From: Callorhinchus milii
Lineage: Eukaryota
Length of the DNA stretch: 64,000 nt
Assembly (NCBI RefSeq): GCF_018977255.1
Contig: NW_024704743.1
Span: 38,194,001 to 38,258,000 of the forward strand
Reading direction: 5' to 3'
The notes under the pieces are model-generated. The model was given only the letters and a program-made list of their open reading frames with translations. It did no database searches and was not told the origin of the DNA. Both the position numbers and the translations under genes were made by a program. Below are positions 1 through 12,692 of this stretch, one piece after another; the stretch's first letter is position 1; each line of letters opens with the position of its first letter.

Positions 1-378
1 CTTCATGTCCCCTCCACCCCACCCCCTCATCTGCTCCACCATCTTCATTTTGCCCCCACTCTTTGGAGCATATTCCCGGAGTCCCTCTAACTCGCCACTC
101 CCTCCTTTCTTTCAAGTCACAAGCTAATTCTTTGACCACGCTTTCGGTCATCTTTTCCCCTCCCTGCCCCATCTCCCTCAGCTCCCACCCCCAGCTCAGG
201 TGCCCAGCCGACATTGTCAAGTGCTCTGAGGCATCCTTCTGACGTGCAAAAGGCGTTGCATAAATGTGGTTATGTTATGTTTCTGGAAGGGAAACACAAA
301 AATATTGCTGATGCTGCCTCTGGACATTTCCCAAACAGGGCACCCGGCCCTCAGCATCCAAAAGGATGGACCACCCTG
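1..378 (+). mobile_element. Right part of a non-autonomous hAT-type element carrying an L2 3' fragment (left end outside window)
   Basis: Ends in the TIR gatggaccaccctg; subterminal ttctggaagggaaacacaaaaatattgctg is shared with the copies ending at 4529 and 5894; 1-270 is colinear with about 4173-4430. Confidence 0.75.
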
Positions 379-1062
379 ATGTAATATAGTAAAACATCTT
401 CTATTGGGCACATATGGACAAGATTTTAAAAAAAAAGACTAAAGATCACGTTGAACCATTTTTTACCAAAAAAATTCCTGTGTGTTCTATTTTTGCCTGA
501 TGTTTCCAATTAAATAAATCATGAGCTTCATACAGGAAAGCCACATGCCACAGGGAGCAATGTTTTAAATTGGGGAAGCCACTTTCTCTTTAGTTTTTCA
601 AAAAAAAACAGTGCCGCCTTCAGTTCTCCCAAGAAATCAGGAAGCTTCAATAATTGCTTTGCCGGTTAATTATATTGCAAACTTCTGACAACGATGAAAC
701 CATATTATGTCATTGTACTATATTTTTGGAGACTGTGTTTTGCACTCATAGGGATTAAAATTGCAGCGTGTGATCCCACCGGTGATGGTTATCATGTTAA
801 CAAAAAATATGGTTTAAAAACTTTCAACAATTCTCACTGGCAGAATGTGACTGGAGGCAGAAAGGGCTATACCCCCATCTATGCCAGTGATAATTATTGA
901 CTGCTTTTGACTATTTTTAATTGATATGTTCATTTTCATTAATGTGATAATATTCATAGATTATTGATACTCAGAAACAGACTATATGGCTCATCAGGTC
1001 TGTGCCGATATTATTCTCCATACCAGACACCTAACGTGTTGTTTGTTTCCACCTGATTCTAG

Positions 1063-1575
1063 ACGAACATGGTGTCTGTTGAAGGTCTTACCAAAGTGGT
1101 GGACCCATCCCAGCTCACTCCCGAATTTGACGGCTGCCTGGAGTACAACCACGAGGAGTGGATTGAAATCCGTGTTGCGTTTGAAGACTTTATAAGTAAT
1201 GCATCACACATGTTATCCAGACTGGAAGAGCTGCAGGAGATGCTGGCCAAAAAAGACTTCCCTCAGGATCTGGATGGAGCTCGAAAGATGATTGAAGAGC
1301 ACACGTTGCTTAAGAAGAAGGTTATCAAGGCTCCCATTGAGGAACTTGACCTGGAAGGGCAAAAACTACTGCAGAGGATCCAAAGCAGTGAAAGTTTTCC
1401 TCATAAGAACTCCATATCGGGGAATGCAGACTTTCAGGGTCTTGTACCAAAAGTGTCCAGTATGTTGGACAAACTGCACTCGACGAGACAGCATCTGCAT
1501 CAGATGTGGCATGTACGCAAGCTGAAGCTAGATCAGTGTTTTCAGCTCAGACTCTTTGAACAAGATGCAGAAAAG
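1063..1575 (+). CDS. TRIO: TRIO coding exon A (513 nt, phase 0/0): end of SEC14 region into first spectrin repeats, TNMVSVEGLTKVVDPSQL...QLRLFEQDAEK
   Basis: Acceptor ...gattctAG (1061-62), donor AAG|GTAAGA (1576). Translation closely matches recalled vertebrate Trio (TNMVS.EGLTKVVDPSQLTPEFDGCLEYNHEEWIEIRVAFED) rather than kalirin. Confidence 0.96.
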
Positions 1576-2892
1576 GTAAGAGTAAACGAGATGTACTTTA
1601 CTTTAATAAACGAGCAGGATTTATGGAGCCTCTTCCCCAACCCCTTTTTTGTGTGAGCTTCTGAAAATACAGTATCATGTTTCTAGTCTAGCTAACTTTT
1701 CAAACAAAATTAAGTTGGATTGATAACCAATTCAGCCTTTTTTAATTTGATAAATGTGTTCATAGTGATTGTGAAAGCTCTGGACTCGAGAGGAAAAATC
1801 TGTCTTTAATGAATGGTATCTCAGCTTACAACCTGAAATTAGAGTTTTGCTTTTTTAAAACTAAAATCCATTAATTGGCTTCTTCTATTTCCCATCAGAT
1901 ATTTCAGCTCTTCATCTCCCATTGCTTTATGGCTGCAATTGTGCTTCTTTAATGAAATGATGTGCAGTGCAATATCGTCGGCTAGTACACCTCTTGCAGA
2001 GGTGAACTGATATTCTCTCCACAAGTGCTCTATCTACTGTATTTGGGTTACCTTAAGGGAACACCACGGCAAAGCAGTGGCTAATATGTTCTGTTAATTG
2101 GGCTGGCTCATTGCACCAAAGGCAGGAGAAATCTGGTGACAGGAGATGGAAGGAAATGTGAAAATTTTAGTATCAAGTGGCACAAAGCTTAGTTAGTGTA
2201 TCATTTTGTTGTAATACTGCAGTACTATTTGTCAGGATCTGGAATACCATTCCACTCCTGATGCTTGTCATTTGAGCAACAGTGTTTGCAGGTATTTTGG
2301 ACAAGGGAAGTCGTTCCAAAGTGGAAACCCATTAAAATAGAACATTTACAAAAAAGAATCGTAGCTCCAAGCTTCTTCTTGTGGCCCACACAACTAATTC
2401 ATATTTTTGCCTTATAAGTTGATGCATCTGTTGAAACAATTTTCAAGTTAATTCCTAACCTAATTCACCAAACCTGGTGATGTGTTGACAATGTGCCACA
2501 GGTTCCATCATTTTACTCTCCTTGATTTAGAAATCTAGTTTGTTGTTTATAAAACATGTTGTCAATGTCCTTTGAAGCTTGAAGTGATTCTTCTGTAAGT
2601 AAGTACAGAAGTAAGTAAGATTCTTTTGGTTCTAAACTGTTGCTAAACCTATGTCACAAAAGAGTGCCCTTGGTTCCTGATACATCTGCTCACTGCTGTC
2701 CAAATAATCTACGCACAGAGAAAGGGTGGAAATGACAGGAAATATACTTTGTGTATATTAGTTAGGTCTATTTTGCACAATGTGTTTTGTTTCCTGTCAC
2801 TGGTGGGTGATAACTTCACCAAGTAATTTGCTGATAAGTTGCTTCAAAAATGCAATTCAATGACCGTATAGTAAATCCTCCTTCTCTTCCAG

Positions 2893-3015
2893 ATGTTTGA
2901 CTGGATCACTCACAACAAAGGCCTCTTTCTGAACAGCTACACAGAGATTGGAGCCACTCATCAGCATGCGATGGAACTTCAGACACAGCACAATCACTTT
3001 GCCATGAACTGCATG
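2893..3015 (+). CDS. TRIO: TRIO coding exon B (123 nt): MFDWITHNKGLFLNSYTEIGATHQHAMELQTQHNHFAMNCM
   Basis: Acceptor cttctcttccAG, donor ATG|GTAAGG. In frame with exon A. Found by manual translation; not in the ORF track. Confidence 0.96.
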
Positions 3016-3191
3016 GTAAGGGCTTGTAAATGAGAAGCAGAAAAGCTACTGCAATATCTATCACTCACTCTCCGTGTGTGTGTATATATGTTTGGAGAAG
3101 TGAAAGCGGAGATTATTTAAGAAAGCAGTGATTGCTGAAAGGTTGTGCCTTTCATTGATGAATACACGCTAAATGTACTGGAGATTATAAG

Positions 3192-3515
3192 AATAATCCT
3201 TGCATTTGATATAATAACCCTTGCATTTGATATAGCGCTTTTCACATCTTCTAGACGTCTCAAAGTGATTCACAGAATATACTGTAAAGTGAAATGACTG
3301 TATATTTGTGGGCGAAATATGGTAGTCAATTACCATCAGCAGTGTCCCACAAACAGTCGTGGATTGAAGTGATCAATTTTATTGTTTTTTTTCTTGAGGG
3401 ATTATTATCAGGCGTGTGGAGTCAGGAAACTTTCCCAAAGTTTCGCCCTGCCGGAATCGAACCGAGGTCTCTTGCTTGCGAGGCAAATGCTCTAACCATT
3501 GAGCTACAGGACTCC
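3192..3515 (-). mobile_element. tRNA-derived SINE, full length, (ATT)n tail
   Basis: Reverse complement starts GGAGTCCTGTAGCTCAATGGTTAGAGC (A box), has a GGTTCGATTCC B box and ends ATCAAATGCAAGGATTATT. About 20 bp of the tail is locally duplicated. Confidence 0.9.
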
Positions 3516-3574
3516 CATAATTTGTTTCATGTTGGGGGGTCGTCTCATAGCACTTCACAGGACATACTGTAAAT

Positions 3575-4529
3575 CAACGTGGTCCAACTGGTGGCCCGAG
3601 GGCAGATGATTTTATCCGGCCCGAGACCATTTCCAACTTCCGCTCCCTATCTCCCTGGTGAACATTCTCCCATGGCAGCGGCAGGCGCCAGCGGTTGGGA
3701 GGACACAGCGGGGAGAGTGAAAATAATACAGGCCATTACTGCAGTCTGCCAGGAAGGCAACGTGTCTCTTACTAACCGCCTCCTTTGCAATTGCTGGATC
3801 CTGCCCCTGCAGATAGTGAATTGAGTGGCTGATTGGGAGAGAAAGGGATTGGGGAGGGGGAGAGAATAATTGAATGAGAAAGGCAGAGGGAAGAGAAAGA
3901 GGGAGGGAGCAGAGAGGGAGAGTATGAGATGAGGAAGAGAGAGTGTGAGAGGGGAGGATTGGTTGAGAGAGTGTGTGCGTGTGAGTGAGAGAAGAGAGAG
4001 GGTGAGATTGAGAGAGAAAGAATGTGAGGGAGGGAGACAGCAGAGAGAGAGGGGATAGAGAGAGTGTTTGTGAGTGAGAGTGAAAAACTTTTCTACGTCC
4101 TTCCATCTCCCTCCCACCCTTACCTCTGTGACCTCCCGACCCGCCCATTCCCTTTACAAGAAAAACCAGCTTGCTTCATGTCCCCCCACCCCATCTGCCC
4201 CACCATCGCCAGTTTGCCCCCGCTCTCTGGAGTTCCATTCCTGCAGTCCCTCCGACTTGCTCGCTCCCTCCCCTTTCAAAGCACGTCAAGACCTAACTCT
4301 TTGACCACACTCTTCGTCATCTTTTCCCCCCCCATCCCATCTCTCTTGGCTCCCACCTCAAGCTCAGGTGCCCTGCCGAGCACTTTGAGATATCCTTCCA
4401 ACATTAAAAAAGTGCTGTGTAAACGTGTTACATTTCTGGAAGGGAAACATAAAATATTGCTTATGCGGCCGCAGACCTTTCTCAAATTGGGAATCTGTCC
4501 CGCGGAAGCAAAAGGGTTAGACCACACTG
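3575..4529 (+). mobile_element. Non-autonomous hAT (Charlie-like) element with GA-rich interior and captured L2 3' end
   Basis: Imperfect 14-bp TIRs CAACGTGGTCCAAC / GTTAGACCACACTG; exact 8-bp TSD CTGTAAAT (3567-3574 and 4530-4537). Confidence 0.85.
3830..4082. repeat. GA/GT-rich low-complexity purine tract inside the hAT element
   Basis: Runs of gagagagg and gtgtgaga; the source of the spurious Ser/Leu/Pro-rich minus-strand ORFs. Confidence 0.9.
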
Positions 4530-4644
4530 CTGTAAATTGTTGTGAGTGTAATTTGTAAGACATATTTGGGCATTGCAATGGCCAATTATGTAAGTTTTAT
4601 ATTTTCTATTGTGAAATATGCTTGAACTGCTAATGGTTCACAGC

Positions 4645-4890
4645 ACCAAGTTGTATACTGAGGCATACAGATCAGACAGACCTCAGTTTCAATTGGCTGC
4701 GTTTCGCCTACAAAATACAGTCAATTCACTTTACAGTGTAACCTGTGAAGTGCTTTGACACATCTCAACGACATGGTAAGGCTTTGTATCAAGTGCAAGG
4801 ATTATTATTCCGGGTTTAAGGCAGCTGATTTCAGTTGGGAGTTGTAGTAATTCTACAAATAGCTTCAGATTCCTGGGCTATGGGGGAAGG
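4645..4890 (+). mobile_element. Degenerate LF-SINE-like relic interrupted by a younger SINE tail (about 4691-4809)
   Basis: actgaggcatacagatcag ... gctgatttcag ... ctacaaatagcttcag ... cctgggctatggggga resembles recalled LF-SINE motifs; the insert ends caagtgcaaggattattatt. Confidence 0.5.
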
Positions 4891-5697
4891 GGGGGAGCTA
4901 GGTTAGCACACAGACGAAAAAACTATCGCCCACGGGCTGAGAAGCCCACTTCCCCGAACATACACACCAGTCCAGGTAAGCCCGTGTTTGAATGGAAGTG
5001 TGTTTCCAGTTTTTTTTTTGATTTATGGCACAAATCAAGAAATATTCAATCAAAAAAAATTATTTTGTTGGTCGACCAGAAAGAATGGCCGCCACCAGGA
5101 TAACAGGCTTCCCACTCACTTGCCCATTGCCTTGGTCAGCCTTGCTATGGGTGTGATCCTAAAAGGGAATAGCTTGAAAAAATGCCCTTTTTATAACACG
5201 TTCTATTTTTGAAGTAGCAGCGATCCTCAACTGTTTGTTTTGGCAGCGGTGGAGTCACCGACGTCGTGAATCTAATGCCAAGAATGTGCCAAATAATTAT
5301 ATGCAATTCAAAAAAAGAGACTTTTTTTTAAAGTTGGACAGCGGCTTTCAGTGGGTTGTGGTTAGGTTGGTTGGGAACACGATGCCCCTTCTCATGGCTT
5401 CTACGTATCTTATGCTACTCCAAGTTCCACATCTCTGGGAATGGTGGGTCTTTACATACAAGGTGAGCTAACTTCCCATTGTGGTAGGCAACTGGCCAAT
5501 TTGGATGTTTATCTTTGCCCTGCTTGCTCGCATTCATCCTAAATAATACGGCTTTGACTTGCTAGCTTACGATTGACAGTTTATATTTCTATTCACTGTT
5601 CTGAGCCCAAGTGTGCGGTTTTGGTATATTTAATGTTCCATATTTCTAAAAAGTTCAAAGAGTAACAGGGCTGCATTTTGAGATGGATGGTTTAAGC

Positions 5698-5894
5698 CAG
5701 GGTGGTCCCACTGGCGTCCCAAGGGCCAATTTTATCTGAGCCCACCCCCATTTCTTCTGGCCCACCTGCTCCCTCCATAACCAGTAAATGTTATGGTTCT
5801 GGAAGGGAAACACAAAAATATTGCTGGTGCGGTCCGCAGACATTTCTCAAAGAGGGCTTCCGACCCTCAGCAGCCAAAAGGTTGGACCACCCTG
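5698..5894 (+). mobile_element. 197-bp hAT-type MITE
   Basis: TIRs CAGGGTGGTCCCAC / GTTGGACCACCCTG (13 of 14 match); exact 8-bp TSD GTTTAAGC (5690-5697 and 5895-5902). Confidence 0.92.
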
Positions 5895-6897
5895 GTTTAA
5901 GCAATGATGCCAGTTCCATACAGTCGTTCTCTGGCCTATTTTTCAGCCAGTGTGCGTAACAAGTGGTCTTGTCACTGCAGCTGATGTGAAGGGAGGTGGT
6001 GGCCTCCGCAATCAATTGATTCCCTCATTTATATTATTTTATGTCTGGCTGCAATCGTGAGGCAGGACAATATGTTACATTTACATTTTACAATTTACAT
6101 ATACAATTTAAAAACATAACTGATTTAATTAACATGATAAAATATGGATTTATTTAATCATCTCGAATGCAATACCCACTCAGGTTAATTGTTGCTGTCA
6201 TTGTATTTGCTGATTGAAATTATCTACATATTTTATGAAGGAGCAGTTTTGAATTTAACTGTGAAGAAGAAATAGTTTTTGCCAGTCCTGCACATTTCTG
6301 TGTTCCTATGAGAAAACTTCTTAAACCAATGACCGTATCTGATGGAGAATAAACCCCATTTGAATGTGTGCCAGGGGGGTTGTAATGGGGCTAAACTGCA
6401 GCTGGAATGAATATGCCACAGCAGTATCCTAGGACTTCATACAGTGTCAGGATAATCCCATCATTGTGCATGTCCTCTTAATCAATAAGCATCTGTTTTC
6501 TATTCTAATCTATACTGTGTATTGAATTTCTTTACGATCAATGGGAAGACTGTTTTCAGATTAAACCTGCAAGATATCACAGAAGAGTAAAGTGGTCTTC
6601 AGTCAAAATCATAAATACTGCACAGTAATCCCCCTCCGTGAACATTTTAACAGCCCCGCATCCAAACTCAGATAGTTTTAACTGTCCAGGAATGCTTGGA
6701 CTTTTGCAAAGATGGTGTTGCTTTTAATTTATTGTTCCATGCATTGTAAAGATTCTGCAATCTAAGACATATTGCAGCTGTATAACCTGTAATCTGATAT
6801 TGGGGTTCATCCTGTCTTGATTGATGACAATCTTTAATCATCTATTAATTTAGTCCTGTAATTTTTGTAAATTTGTATTTCACTCCAAGGCGTCCAC

Positions 6898-7020
6898 TAC
6901 AACAACAACAACAAGATTTCATTTATAGAGCGCCTTTCACGTTGGAAGGACGTCCCATGGCGCTGGACAGTTGGGTCAGGACCCGAACAGGGGGGAAATG
7001 GTCAGGGTGGGGAGGGAAGG
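6898..7020 (-). mobile_element. L2 LINE 3'-tail fragment
   Basis: (CAA)n followed by atttatagagcgcctttcacgttggaaggacgtccc; same end as the L2 at 9861. Confidence 0.8.
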
Positions 7021-7789
7021 GACATGCATACATGCATTCCCTGAGGGCTATTAGTTTGAACTGAACAATGCCTTGGGTTTTAAACTATCTGTAACAGGCT
7101 TCATTGTTCTAAGGATGTCTAGATATTGTCAGGCGTGAAGACTGAGCTTTATAGACTCGAGCATCATGTGGAATTCAGTTCAGCTGGTATGCATCTCTCC
7201 CTGCAGTGGCCTCCCAGCACTTGTATTTTCATCACCCAGGAAAGTGTTAAACAATGTTAACAACAAGCTCCTCCCCACTATCACACAACCCAGGGAGGAT
7301 GACTGGAGGGGGAAGAGGAAAAAGAAAGGAACGCTGAGTGTTTCATTCCCTGTCACAAATCCTACAAATGTTTATTATTGCTATGAGTAGAAAACGTTAT
7401 AACAATGTCCTTTTAGCACATGTTGAAGGTTGCTTCTGAACTGATTCAATCGCTTATTTGGTTTGATTTAAAACAAATTCATTTTATGTCTGTGTGCGAA
7501 GGAGAGAATTCTTTCTGGATTTATGATGAAACAAACTCATTAAACAACAACAACTTGCATTTATATTGCACCCTCCACACAGGGTAGAGTCTCAGAGTGC
7601 TTAACAGCAGCAGAACCTAAACACAGTGAGATGTCTATAACAAATAGACCCAAACCCTTAGGTTGTAAATCCACATTCTTTGATGGGGTGGGTAGATTGG
7701 AAATAATTGATAAAATGTATTCTTTTAACAAATAGATTGGCAATTCATCTTATGAAACATTTTAAAACTACAAAACATATCCCTGGGTA

Positions 7790-7970
7790 ACTCTGTTGGT
7801 TGAATATCAGACAGAAATTTGAATCCTGGTGGAACCACTCAGTTCTTTATCCCTTTGAGGTTAGTGTCCAATAAAAATATATCCATTTGGGGAGGGACAA
7901 TTGATGTTTGGGTCAACTGGCTTTGAGGAGACCCCTGGCAAAGCCAAGCAGGTTCTGCAGTAATTGGACA
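7790..7970 (+). mobile_element. Old dispersed repeat, probable ancient SINE (second copy at about 30665-30865)
   Basis: actcagttctttatccctttgagg ... aactggctttgaggagacccctggcaaagcca matches actcagttcttcactcttttgagg ... aactgggtatgaggagacacctaacaaagcca near 30720-30850. Confidence 0.55.
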
Positions 7971-9860
7971 TTTTTTTCTATCCCCCTCCCCTTTCCTTTT
8001 GACTTCCTTGATGCCATTTCATGCACACCGAGCCATTGTGTGAAGAAAGGATGTTTTCTGAGTGCTTTCACAATCTGATTCCTGTGCTTATATAAACAAT
8101 AGTAAGAATTTAATTTCCACTATTCATTAGAAGGGAGGCCTGAAATGTACTCTCATGTACTTAGGCTTAAAATACTATTGTCTTAAAATTTTAAGTTGTA
8201 CGGAATTTTGTAAAACATACGCAAAATCAGTCAGGACTTGAATGCTGGTTTTTCCACTGTTCTTAGAGAAACTGTGGAAATTGGCTTCTAAAATAAGACT
8301 GAAGATCCCATTGATTTCTAAGATTCCATCAGTATCACATTTTATAGACACGGGTCTTAATCCTAAGAGCATGGTGTGTTACGAGCTTCTAGTATTTTAG
8401 TTTTGTTGCGGACCAGTGAGCGCTTGTGTTGTTGCTATTGGCTTTAATTCTGACTCTTGTGTTGTAACATGTTGGATTGCTTATTCTGTGGTTAGAATAG
8501 GGCAATAACAAAGCCCTTGTTGCCTTTGTCAGCATGTATGAGCACATGCCTTCTCTGTGAATGGAAAAAGGCAGCACCATTTATTTCAATGGGTTACCAC
8601 AAGTGCAGTTTTAGCTTTTGATCATGCAAAATCAGGAACTTACTTTATGGTCACATAATGTGACACACTGTGGATTGCAGTTCCAAGATATTTTGCCATT
8701 GTATTGTCCCTTCAAGTCTATGAAAAAGCACTTTAGTGCTGATTCAGTGCTATAAAATGCTTAATGCCATATAAAACTTTTACAATGCCATCTGCTCTTT
8801 CCTTGAATCCTCAGCCGTAGCCCTTTTTGCACAACATGGAAGATTCATTTATTGTGTGTCTATTGTGGGTTTTACAGTGTTTTTTTAATATATTCCAGAC
8901 TGCTTTATTCCTGTATGTCTGCTGGACATTAGCTCTGCAAGATCCAGGTACACCAGTGGAATGCATACAGTGCAGAGATTAAAATCCAAATAAGATTTGT
9001 AATATTGTGGCCAGATAACTGATAATATGGAATATACAGAAAATAAAACAACTGGTAAAATACATGGGTGTTGTACCCATGTATTTTAGCAGTTGTCATT
9101 TAAACAGTCAGCATTTATATTAAGAAACATTTAGTTGGGGATTAAATTTTGTGCAAAATAATTATTCGATAAAGGCATTAAAAACTTTAGGGAAAACCAT
9201 TCTGCTAATTTTAGGACAGGAATTCCCAAACTTTCTGGGCTCAAAGGTTAGGTCTCAAGGCCCCCATCCTGACTGAGAACCCCCTATTGGGGTCCGCGTG
9301 GGCTTCCTGTGGGGCAATGAAGCCCTCCAGCACCCCTCACACAGGGTAGCGCCTTAGAGAGCTTGGATATACAGGTCCAATGAGATCCCTGTGAAAGAAA
9401 AGTTTTGTCATTGTATAGTGAGATTGTCATCATTTCTCTGAAATTGGAAAATATCTAGGATTTAACATTAGTTTTAATTTAAACAGAGTTTTATTCTGTT
9501 TCGTGCAACATGAACTTTTCACCAATTGAGTTGGAACAAAGTGACACTCTTGTGCTAACCGTGGTGTTGTAGGTATGCCAAACATTCAGCCTATGTCAAG
9601 TGCTCAGTACCAATGCCTGTAATTATCTGAGAAGCACTTTGAGATGTTACGACATGATAACAAACTATAAAAATCCAAATTCTTCTTCTTTTACGTTTGA
9701 CGTGGTTTCATGTCCTGGAATTTCTGAGTTGGAAGGGTGTTAATTCTTATTTGGTTCAATTATGGTAGACGAGAGAAGGATTCATGACTAGACAAGATAG
9801 ACTTGACTCCTTACCTTCGAAAAGAGATGTCTAAAAAAGGACTTTTTTACATTTATTATA

Positions 9861-10808
9861 AACAACAACAAAATTACATTTGTATAGCGCCTTTCACGTC
9901 AGGAGGACGTCCCAAGGCGCTGGACAGACAGAGTTACGGACCCGAGCTGAGGCTTGGGGTGGGGGAGGGTGGAGGGCAGGGGACAAGCAGAGAGCTTGAA
10001 AGCACGGTCGAGGAGGAGGGTCTTGAGATGGGTCTTGAAAGTGGCGAGGGAGGGGGTGAGACGGAGGGACTGCGGGATGGAGTTCCAGAGGGAGGGTGCA
10101 GAGTGGCGGAAGGCCACCCGCCAATAGTAGGGCGAGCAAGGCGGGGGACGTGAAGCAGGCCAGAGCCCACTGAGCGAAGGGAGCGAACAGGATGATAGAG
10201 GATTAGGAGGTCGGAGAGGTAGGAGGGAGCAAGACCATGGAGGGCTTTGAAGGTGAGAACCAGGTTCTTGAACTGTATCCTCTGTGTGATGAGAAGCCAG
10301 TGGAGTTGGGCAAGGATGGTGTTGATAGGGTCACGGGGCCTAATGCGGGAGAGGACACGGGCTGCAGAGTTCTGGATGATCTGCAGCCTGTGGAGGGAGG
10401 AGTCGGGGAGGCCGACAAGCAGTGAGTTTGCATAGTTAAGCCTCGATGTAGTGAAGGCGTGTACGAGGGTTTCGGTGGCCTGTGGTGTGAGACAGTGACG
10501 GAGCCGGGCGATGTTGCGGAGGTGGGGGAAGGCAGAGTGGGTCATGGCACGGATGTGGTGTAGAAAGGTTAGTTGAGGGTCAAACAAAACCCCAAGGTTC
10601 TGGACTGGCTTAGCAAGGTGGAGTGTGTAACCATGGATGGTGACTCGGACTTGTTGATGTTCAACTGTAGAAAGTTAGCTCTCATCCAGGACTTGATGTC
10701 TGACAGACATTCTGTCAGGACAGCAGTGGTCCTGGAGTCAAGGGTGGAGGCAGAGAGGTAGAGTTGGGTGTCATCCGCATACATGTGGAAGTTGACCCCA
10801 TGTCTTTG
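9861..10808 (-). mobile_element. L2-clade LINE, 5'-truncated and frameshifted (RT C-terminal part plus 3' tail)
   Basis: Translations HMYADDTQLY (RT motif), NFLQLNINKSE, AFTTSRLNYANSLL, LHWL..QRIQFK; (TTG)n tail. Confidence 0.93.
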
Positions 10809-10811
10809 GAT

Positions 10812-11144
10812 GATAATAATAATAATAATAATCCTTGCATTTGATATAGCGCTTTTCACGTCGGGAGGATGTGCCAAAGCGCTTCACAGAACACACTGTA
10901 AAGTGAATTGACTGTATATTTGTGGGTGAACGCGGCAGCCAATTGCGCACAGCAATGTCCCACAAACAGTCGTAGATTGAAAATGACCAATTTATTATTG
11001 TTTTTGGTTTTTGGAGGGATTATTATTAGGCTCTGTGTGGAGTAAGGAAACTTGCCGAAGGGTTTCGCCCTGACCTGCCTGGAATTGAACTCAGGTCTCT
11101 CACTTGCAAAGCGAGTGCTCTAACCACTGAGCTACCGGATGTCC
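10812..11144 (-). mobile_element. tRNA-derived SINE, full length
   Basis: (ATT)n tail, family body and tRNA-like head (reverse complement: gtagctcagtggttagagcactcgc). Confidence 0.92.
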
Positions 11145-11382
11145 GCGGATAAAGGTATATAAGTTGGAACAATTGGCGGAGAAAGTGAAATGCAGAGCAG
11201 TACTTTGTTTACACTAAATACAACAAAGCAGCAGGATAAAGAGGGCACGTGTTCACGCTTTTGACGTGACAGAAAGCAGAAATTATTTCTTTACAAAGAT
11301 GGTAGTTAATATCTGGAATCCTGACTAAGCAATTGTGATTGAGGCTGGGTGTCTGATCTCATTTAAGAACCAGTTTAAGAAA

Positions 11383-11977
11383 CGCCTCCAACCGTACCTT
11401 ACCCCAGACGCAGCCAAAACACTCGTCCATGTGTTCGTTACCTCCTGATTGGATTTCTCAAAATCCCTCTTTGCCGGTCTCCTCAGCTCCACCATGCACA
11501 GAATCCAACTGATCCAAAACTCCACTGCCCACATACTCACCCGTACTAAGCTACGTACCTCCATCACACCAGTTCTAGCCAAGCTCCCCTGTATCACCGA
11601 ACGGATCAATTTCAAGATCCTTACAGTGTTTTCAAATCCCTTCATGCCATGGCACCTCCCTACCTCTCCGACCTACTCACCCCACAACCCACTGCCTCTG
11701 CTCGACGGACTCCAGCCTTCTGCATGTCCCTCATGCCCGCCGTTCCACCAGTGGTGGCTGCGCTTTCAGCCACTACCCCGCAAAACTCTGGAACACTTTT
11801 TCTATCCCGCCTCCTTGCCTCTTCCTTCCTCATCTTCAGGTCGCACCTGAAGACCTTCCTATTCGACCGTACCTACAGTCACTTCCCTCTCCCCCTGGCT
11901 CGGTGTTGTGCTCTGCCACTGTCAAGCGCTCTGGATGCTATCCTGGTGAGGGGCACTGTATAAATGCAAGTTGTTGT
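11383..11977 (+). mobile_element. L2 LINE 3' fragment
   Basis: Degenerate ORF2 end (RIQLIQNSTAHILTRT, ERINFKIL) and tail ataaatgcaagttgttg. Confidence 0.88.
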
Positions 11978-12000
11978 AATTTGTTATTGGCATTTAAGTA

Positions 12001-12135
12001 CTGTTCCTTGCATGAGACATTAAACCGAGACCCTGTTTGTTTTACTATACAGTTTTACAGTAAAACCCTGTGAAGTGCTTTGAGATGTCCTCCTGACATG
12101 AAATACTATAATCAAATGCAAGGATTTTTATTATT
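12001..12135 (+). mobile_element. Deu-domain SINE fragment with SINE-type tail
   Basis: catgagacattaaaccgagaccctgt resembles the Deu core; followed by tttgagatgtcc...atcaaatgcaaggatt. Confidence 0.55.
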
Positions 12136-12692
12136 GATATAAATAAAAGGCCTTTATTGTTTATTAAAATCTTTCTTATAATAACTAATTTGAATAGATC
12201 CATTACACATTAGTGAGGTGTGACAGGGTGGCCCTGTATGAGTACTTACACAACTGGGAATATGTCACAATTTTAGAAATTTATATTTCTAGGAGAAGTA
12301 ATTTGCTCACCCCTTTCACTGGTGTGAAGTTCCCTTAGATTGGGGGTGGAGAGGGAGGAATAGTGATGTAAATGAAAAACGCAAACACTGATATAAAGTT
12401 TCTTGCCGGAGGGTAAAACGAACTGCTGACGCTATTTATACACAAAACAGCTGACAATCTGGCGAAGGCTCACCAAATTCATGAGTCATGTGTAGTCTGT
12501 GCTGAAATCCGAAGACAAGATAATTATACTATCACGCACATCATTTTGTTTTTGCATTTTTGGTCGAGTACAGAAAATGTTTGAGCTACCTTTACCATTT
12601 TTGGTATTAGGTATCAATAGTCTACAACCATTGACCAAGATCCACTGCCACTTACCCTGCCATATATGATTTGACTAAGAAATAATGGACCA

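Noticed and set aside
3612..4558. Long ORFs of 156-178 aa on both strands
   Set aside because: They are translations of the GA-rich low-complexity tract and L2 tail inside the hAT element; no transposase motifs.
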